In this document: positions 59,866-64,000 of the stretch, one piece after another
How positions within the stretch are numbered: the stretch's first letter is position 1
How the letters are laid out: every line of letters starts with the position of its first letter
Assembly (NCBI GenBank): GCA_964657275.1
Contig: CAZZUU010000001.1
Coordinates: 55 to 64,054 of the forward strand
DNA: 64,000 nucleotides
Source: an uncultured Mucilaginibacter sp.
GTDB lineage: Bacteria > Bacteroidota > Bacteroidia > Sphingobacteriales > Sphingobacteriaceae
Direction: 5' to 3'
Made by a program: the position numbers and the translations under genes
The notes under the pieces: generated by a model
The model's input: the letters and a program-made list of their open reading frames with translations, nothing else
Database searches by the model: none
What the model was told of the DNA's origin: nothing

Positions 59866-59927
59866 GGCATCCTGTAGTGTCCTGATTTGTAACGTATAAG
59901 ATACAAAGCAGGACACTACAGGATGCC
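59866..59927. promoter_or_regulatory. 62-bp inverted repeat made of two head-to-head copies of the candidate GntR operator (sites 5 and 6) at the susC promoter
   Basis: ggcatcctgtagtgtcctg / caggacactacaggatgcc perfect 19-bp arms plus inner tttgta/tacaaa. Confidence 0.7.
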
Positions 59928-59963
59928 AATAAATAAGCGTGGTTTTTGAACCTAAAAAGAAGT

Positions 59964-62819
59964 TTATCGGGGCGATAAATATTCCAATGGTATAAGTTTA
60001 ACTGTACCGATAATACCCGAAGGCTTCGGTTGCCATTTTATAGCGGTAAACAAGCCGTCAGATCCCCGGTCTTCGCGGCTATGTGCCGGGAAGTTGGTGT
60101 TATAAAATATCTTATACGGGATGTTTTTCTTCTCCATATCTATGATGCGGTTAGCCATCAAATTAGCTACTTTAATTTCAAGATGATTAACTGGCTTTAG
60201 ATCAGCCGCCGGTATATTGATGACATATTCCGGGCCTAAAAGTGTGCCTAATTTGCTGCCGTTTAAATAAACTTCGGCGCTTTCATAAACCTTACCCAAG
60301 TCCAGTTGCCAGGCAATAGCCTTACCCTTTGGTTTATTAAAATCGATGGTATAACCCGCAGTTCCTGAAAAGGCTTTGGCATCATCTCCACCCAAGGTTG
60401 TCCACGATTGTAAGCTGTCCGTCCTTAAGTCTTTAGGCAGGGTTGGGCCACCGCTTAAAAATTTAACGGCCCAGGTCCCTGTTATAGCAACCGGTGCCCC
60501 CGCGTTGCGATAATACTTGTAACCCATTCCATTTATTGAAGCCGGTGAGGTTTGTACGATGCAACTTTCGCCCGGTAGCAATTGCAGGTAGACCGCAGTT
60601 TGTTTATTACCGGCCGGTTTTAATTTGGCTATACCCGATCTTTTAAACATCGGGTCAAAGATCACAGCCGATGCAGCTTTGGCAGTAAGCGTAACCCAGC
60701 CGTTTACTTCCTTGTCGCCTTTATTGGCGATAAAATAGCAAGCTCCGTTTTTGTATGTCCGACGCGAGAATTGAAGACCGTCATCAACCATGCTTTCCCG
60801 ACGGATACGGGCGGTACTTAGTAACTGTTCGATATAGTCGCCTATTAAAACCCTGCCTTTGCCAATAGCGGCAATTTTAACCCCGTTGTTTACATCGCCA
60901 AAATGCAACGATGCTAAAAGTTCATTAAACGATTTTTCGCGTTCGGTTAACATCCCCAGGCCGGGCACCTGCGAGGGCAAATTTTTATATGCAATAACCG
61001 TTGCCCCTGCTTTCGCCAGGTCAATTATGTGGCTGAAAGTAGCCAACGGGATATTGCGGCAATCAGGAAGCAATATGGTTTGGTAGGTTATGCCGCCTGT
61101 AATGATGCTTTTGTTTACCGGAATATTTTTTATTTGTTTGTCTGAGATGTAGTCAAATGTGTATCCCCTTTTTAACAATTCTGTAGATGCCTCCTCAAAG
61201 CCAGTTCCTTTAAATTCCGGGAACATGGCATCATAATGTTTAAGCAATAAACGGCCCGGCGTTGAAAAACTGTCAAATATCGGGTAGTAAACTAAGATAT
61301 CATCATCAGGTTTGCCCTGCTGCAAAAACGACTGGCAACGTGCGATATAATTATTAAGCGTTGAGAAATCGTTCCAGAACGGGTTGGTTTGATTAAAATG
61401 GACAGCAGCGTAAAATAACCAGCCCGGCCACGGTGCACTTGGCGGAGAATAACTAATTCCGTGATAAAACACATGGTTTACCCCGCCTATAAAATATTTG
61501 TCAATAGCTTGCTTTACATCACCCAATGAAGATAAAAAGTGATCATTTAACCATGTAGCCGATTCCGACGAAGCCAGGGGCTTGCCGGTAACATGCGCGG
61601 CGGATGTGGCAAATTTATATCTCAATACATCCGTTCCTTCAGTTTCGGGGATATCAATGGCCGCATATAGGTCCAATATATTAGATGGCGAACCATGCGA
61701 TTGATTGCGGATCAAAGCACCCCTGGATTTTGCCCATTCGTGCCACGGTTTGGTGAAGTTATCCAGCAGTAGATCTGATATGGTTTCGCGGTAATCGCAG
61801 ATGACCCGGCTGTCCATTTCCTTGTTATCATCTTTACCAAACAAGTTCTGTAAATGATCACGCAAGTCATATCCTCTTCGCTTAGCGAACTCATCAAAAA
61901 ACCGGGGCGTAAAATTTGATTGGCCTACTGCATCGTCTACTTCGTATGAATCGTTAAAAAACGCCCGGATACCGTTTACATTTTGTCCGGCGAAAGCCTG
62001 GTTAAACCTATCCAGGTAATGATTTAACGCGGGTTTTGAAAAATGATCTATTACAAAGCCTTCGCCGCCCGGCGCTGCACGTTCAACCATCTTACCATGC
62101 CAGCCCTGGAACAGGGCAAACAATTGCCAATCGCCTGGAGGGGCTGTCCAGTTTAAATTTCCATCGGCATCTACTTTATCTGTAAGGTTTACAACTTGTC
62201 CCTTATCATCATAAGCCATTAGTACGGTTAAAGGCAGTTTCTTTTCAAATCTTACCTGGTCAAGCGCCATTAGCTGCAGGTTTTTATTGCTGGCTATTGG
62301 CTCAACCAGGTCGGTGATCTTTGGTTCTTCCCCATCGGCGCGCACTAAAGGCGGCTGTGTAAAAACAACTTTTTCGGCTAGATTTTGCCCGCCTTTAACC
62401 TCGTAATTTTTCCAGAATAATTCTTTGCTGGCATCTTCGGAGCTAACCCAGGGGCCACCGAAAGGCCAACCGGTGGCGTTTGCCATATCAATACCCATAT
62501 CCAGGCGTTTTGCCTCCGAAAGGGTGTATTTAAGCATGCCCACCCACTGCGGAGACAAGTAAGGGATAAACTTACTTTCGTAGCCCTTTACCCCATAAAT
62601 GGCTGTTAACTCCAGCCCGCCTAAACCAGCGTTATGGTAGCTTTCCATATTCCAGGTCAGGTCTTTTTTATCAACGGCGCTCCCTTCCCACCACCAGCGG
62701 GCCCAGGGCTTTGTTTGTTTGGTTATAAGGGGCCAGTTTACCTGTGCCGATGACGAAAAAGTCACCGAAATTAAAGCAACCGCGATAATTGATTTAAAAT
62801 ATTTTTTTGGGATTTGCAT
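59964..62819 (-). CDS. GH106 alpha-L-rhamnosidase
   Basis: PWARWWWEGSAVD, TGWPFGGP, FFNDSYE, RNQSHGSP, PETE, YHG..YSP. Confidence 0.9.
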   Translation of the reverse strand: MQIPKKYFKSIIAVALISVTFSSSAQVNWPLITKQTKPWARWWWEGSAVDKKDLTWNMESYHNAGLGGLELTAIYGVKGYESKFIPYLSPQWVGMLKYTLSEAKRLDMGIDMANATGWPFGGPWVSSEDASKELFWKNYEVKGGQNLAEKVVFTQPPLVRADGEEPKITDLVEPIASNKNLQLMALDQVRFEKKLPLTVLMAYDDKGQVVNLTDKVDADGNLNWTAPPGDWQLFALFQGWHGKMVERAAPGGEGFVIDHFSKPALNHYLDRFNQAFAGQNVNGIRAFFNDSYEVDDAVGQSNFTPRFFDEFAKRRGYDLRDHLQNLFGKDDNKEMDSRVICDYRETISDLLLDNFTKPWHEWAKSRGALIRNQSHGSPSNILDLYAAIDIPETEGTDVLRYKFATSAAHVTGKPLASSESATWLNDHFLSSLGDVKQAIDKYFIGGVNHVFYHGISYSPPSAPWPGWLFYAAVHFNQTNPFWNDFSTLNNYIARCQSFLQQGKPDDDILVYYPIFDSFSTPGRLLLKHYDAMFPEFKGTGFEEASTELLKRGYTFDYISDKQIKNIPVNKSIITGGITYQTILLPDCRNIPLATFSHIIDLAKAGATVIAYKNLPSQVPGLGMLTEREKSFNELLASLHFGDVNNGVKIAAIGKGRVLIGDYIEQLLSTARIRRESMVDDGLQFSRRTYKNGACYFIANKGDKEVNGWVTLTAKAASAVIFDPMFKRSGIAKLKPAGNKQTAVYLQLLPGESCIVQTSPASINGMGYKYYRNAGAPVAITGTWAVKFLSGGPTLPKDLRTDSLQSWTTLGGDDAKAFSGTAGYTIDFNKPKGKAIAWQLDLGKVYESAEVYLNGSKLGTLLGPEYVINIPAADLKPVNHLEIKVANLMANRIIDMEKKNIPYKIFYNTNFPAHSREDRGSDGLFTAIKWQPKPSGIIGTVKLIPLEYLSPR

Positions 62820-62830
62820 GGTATATACAA

Positions 62831-64000
62831 TTAATGTTTAGCTACTTCAACAGCATAAATTTGTTCCTGCCCTTCAAAATTCCCTCTGAATATGATCCAC
62901 TTTTCATCAGGCGAGAAACGCACGTTAGGTTCAAGGTGGTAATTATGATTTTTCATATCTACCAGTTTTTCTGATTTAAAATGATCGCCTTCCGGTTTAA
63001 AAAGATATATCCACATTCCGTCGGGTGCCTTTGCCACCTGCCCTTTATCGCCGCCATCTCCGGTAAATGTTTGTTCATCTTTAGTTACGTTAAAATGGAT
63101 TGACCATTCGTTGCGCTGCATCTGGTAAACCCGGTCTTCATTACCGGTTTTCATATTGATCCCCGCAAGGAAAAATGTGGCTCCTTTAGGTTTTTGAAGA
63201 TCGAACCATTCTGTATCACCATTGGGCGCGAAAAACTCATGCCCGGCAATTTCATTTTCCATAGTGCGCTTGTGCATCAGTTTGGTTTCACCTGTTTTTA
63301 TATTGATGTTCCAAATACGGTCCACCTTTTCCCACGGGCCTTCATGGCAATAGGATAAAATATCAGGGTCGGTTGGCGAAAATAGTAAATGATTTGTCCA
63401 TTCGTTTTCCTGGTGGATCTGTTTTAACGAACGGGTTTTCACATTGATGACATATAAGGTGTGCTGTACGTGTGCTTCATATATCCGCGTAAAGAAATCA
63501 CGCTTTTCGGGGAAGTTTTTGAGGATATCCTTTTCTGTTTCACCTGTTGCTTTAACACATGCTAAATAGGTTCCATCCGCGTTTACCGTTCCGGCGCGGC
63601 AATTAAAGCCTGCCGGGAAAGCATAAATAAATCTTGTTTTTAAGGTATTCACATTTACTGCAAATACACTATCACCGCACTGATAAAAAGCTTCCCTTGT
63701 TTTTGGGCATATCATTTCGCCTGAAACTTTGGGCTGGTTGGTAAGCTGCCGGGTTTTAAATGTTTTTAAATTTACCGTGAACAGTTGGTTGCCGTTTGGT
63801 GTGCTTCCTGAAAACACCATTAGATCACCCTCGTTAGTTTCCTGAGGAACAAATGCATTATTATTAAAATAAAACGCATGGTTTGTACCCTCACGGTTTA
63901 TCAGCCGGATTACTTTATGGCCGGTTTCTTTATCTATCCACTCCGCGGGCATCGGCTTTTGCGAACCGGTTTCCAGCACCTCTTGTGCTTTTAGCTTTGT
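62831..64000 (-). CDS. Oligogalacturonate lyase family (PL22-like) beta-propeller protein; 5' end lies beyond the window
   Basis: D.ETG..V.RL, FYF, YCHEGPW, GHEFF, WSIH, EPNVRFSPD; the frame stays open to the window edge (TKLKAQEVLETG, end of a signal peptide). Confidence 0.85.
   Translation of the reverse strand, partial: TKLKAQEVLETGSQKPMPAEWIDKETGHKVIRLINREGTNHAFYFNNNAFVPQETNEGDLMVFSGSTPNGNQLFTVNLKTFKTRQLTNQPKVSGEMICPKTREAFYQCGDSVFAVNVNTLKTRFIYAFPAGFNCRAGTVNADGTYLACVKATGETEKDILKNFPEKRDFFTRIYEAHVQHTLYVINVKTRSLKQIHQENEWTNHLLFSPTDPDILSYCHEGPWEKVDRIWNINIKTGETKLMHKRTMENEIAGHEFFAPNGDTEWFDLQKPKGATFFLAGINMKTGNEDRVYQMQRNEWSIHFNVTKDEQTFTGDGGDKGQVAKAPDGMWIYLFKPEGDHFKSEKLVDMKNHNYHLEPNVRFSPDEKWIIFRGNFEGQEQIYAVEVAKH

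Noticed and set aside
880-61897. Many short ORFs (60-170 aa) in the ORF track overlapping larger genes in other frames or antisense
   Set aside because: They are shadows of well-supported genes and show no recognizable motifs or independent start signals
1-64000. CRISPR arrays, cas genes, integrases/transposases, prophage, toxin-antitoxin or anti-phage defence genes
   Set aside because: No regularly spaced repeat-spacer array and no ORF with such motifs were seen; the repeats in 19681-24987 are protein domain repeats

Overview
Bacteroidota chromosome segment. Gene content, TAnnTTTG-type promoters and repeat types suggest Sphingobacteriaceae, probably Mucilaginibacter-like; the taxon is an inference. 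The left part holds the 3' end of truB, ribF, an M16 peptidase, an SDR, two secreted glycosidases, and tRNA-Ser(CGA). The tRNA is followed by a ~170-bp element ending in a duplicated tRNA 3' end, then an AraC/esterase/SnoaL islet. Next come a GH2 plus a divergent GH36-like pair, a 1.77-kaa T9SS type-B Ig-repeat protein bracketed by two related ~85-bp hairpin repeats, and a phosphoesterase plus di-heme peroxidase pair. The right ~32 kb is a rhamnogalacturonan/pectin utilization locus (PL22-like, GH106, SusC/SusD, 2x GH28, GH2, 2x CE12, GH105 and two unclassified glycosidase-like genes) fused to an L-rhamnose catabolic operon (rhaT, RhaEW-type rhaD, rhaI, kinase, lutABC) and a divergent FucR-like GntR regulator. 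The strongest signal not explained by the genes is a 17-bp tandem motif, CRTCMTGTRSYRTCMTG, found six times at five promoters of this locus with conserved spacing to the -7 box. It defines a candidate GntR regulon that also takes in a beta-lactamase-fold serine hydrolase. No CRISPR array, integrase, transposase or defence system was seen. Family calls come from motif recognition, not database searches.
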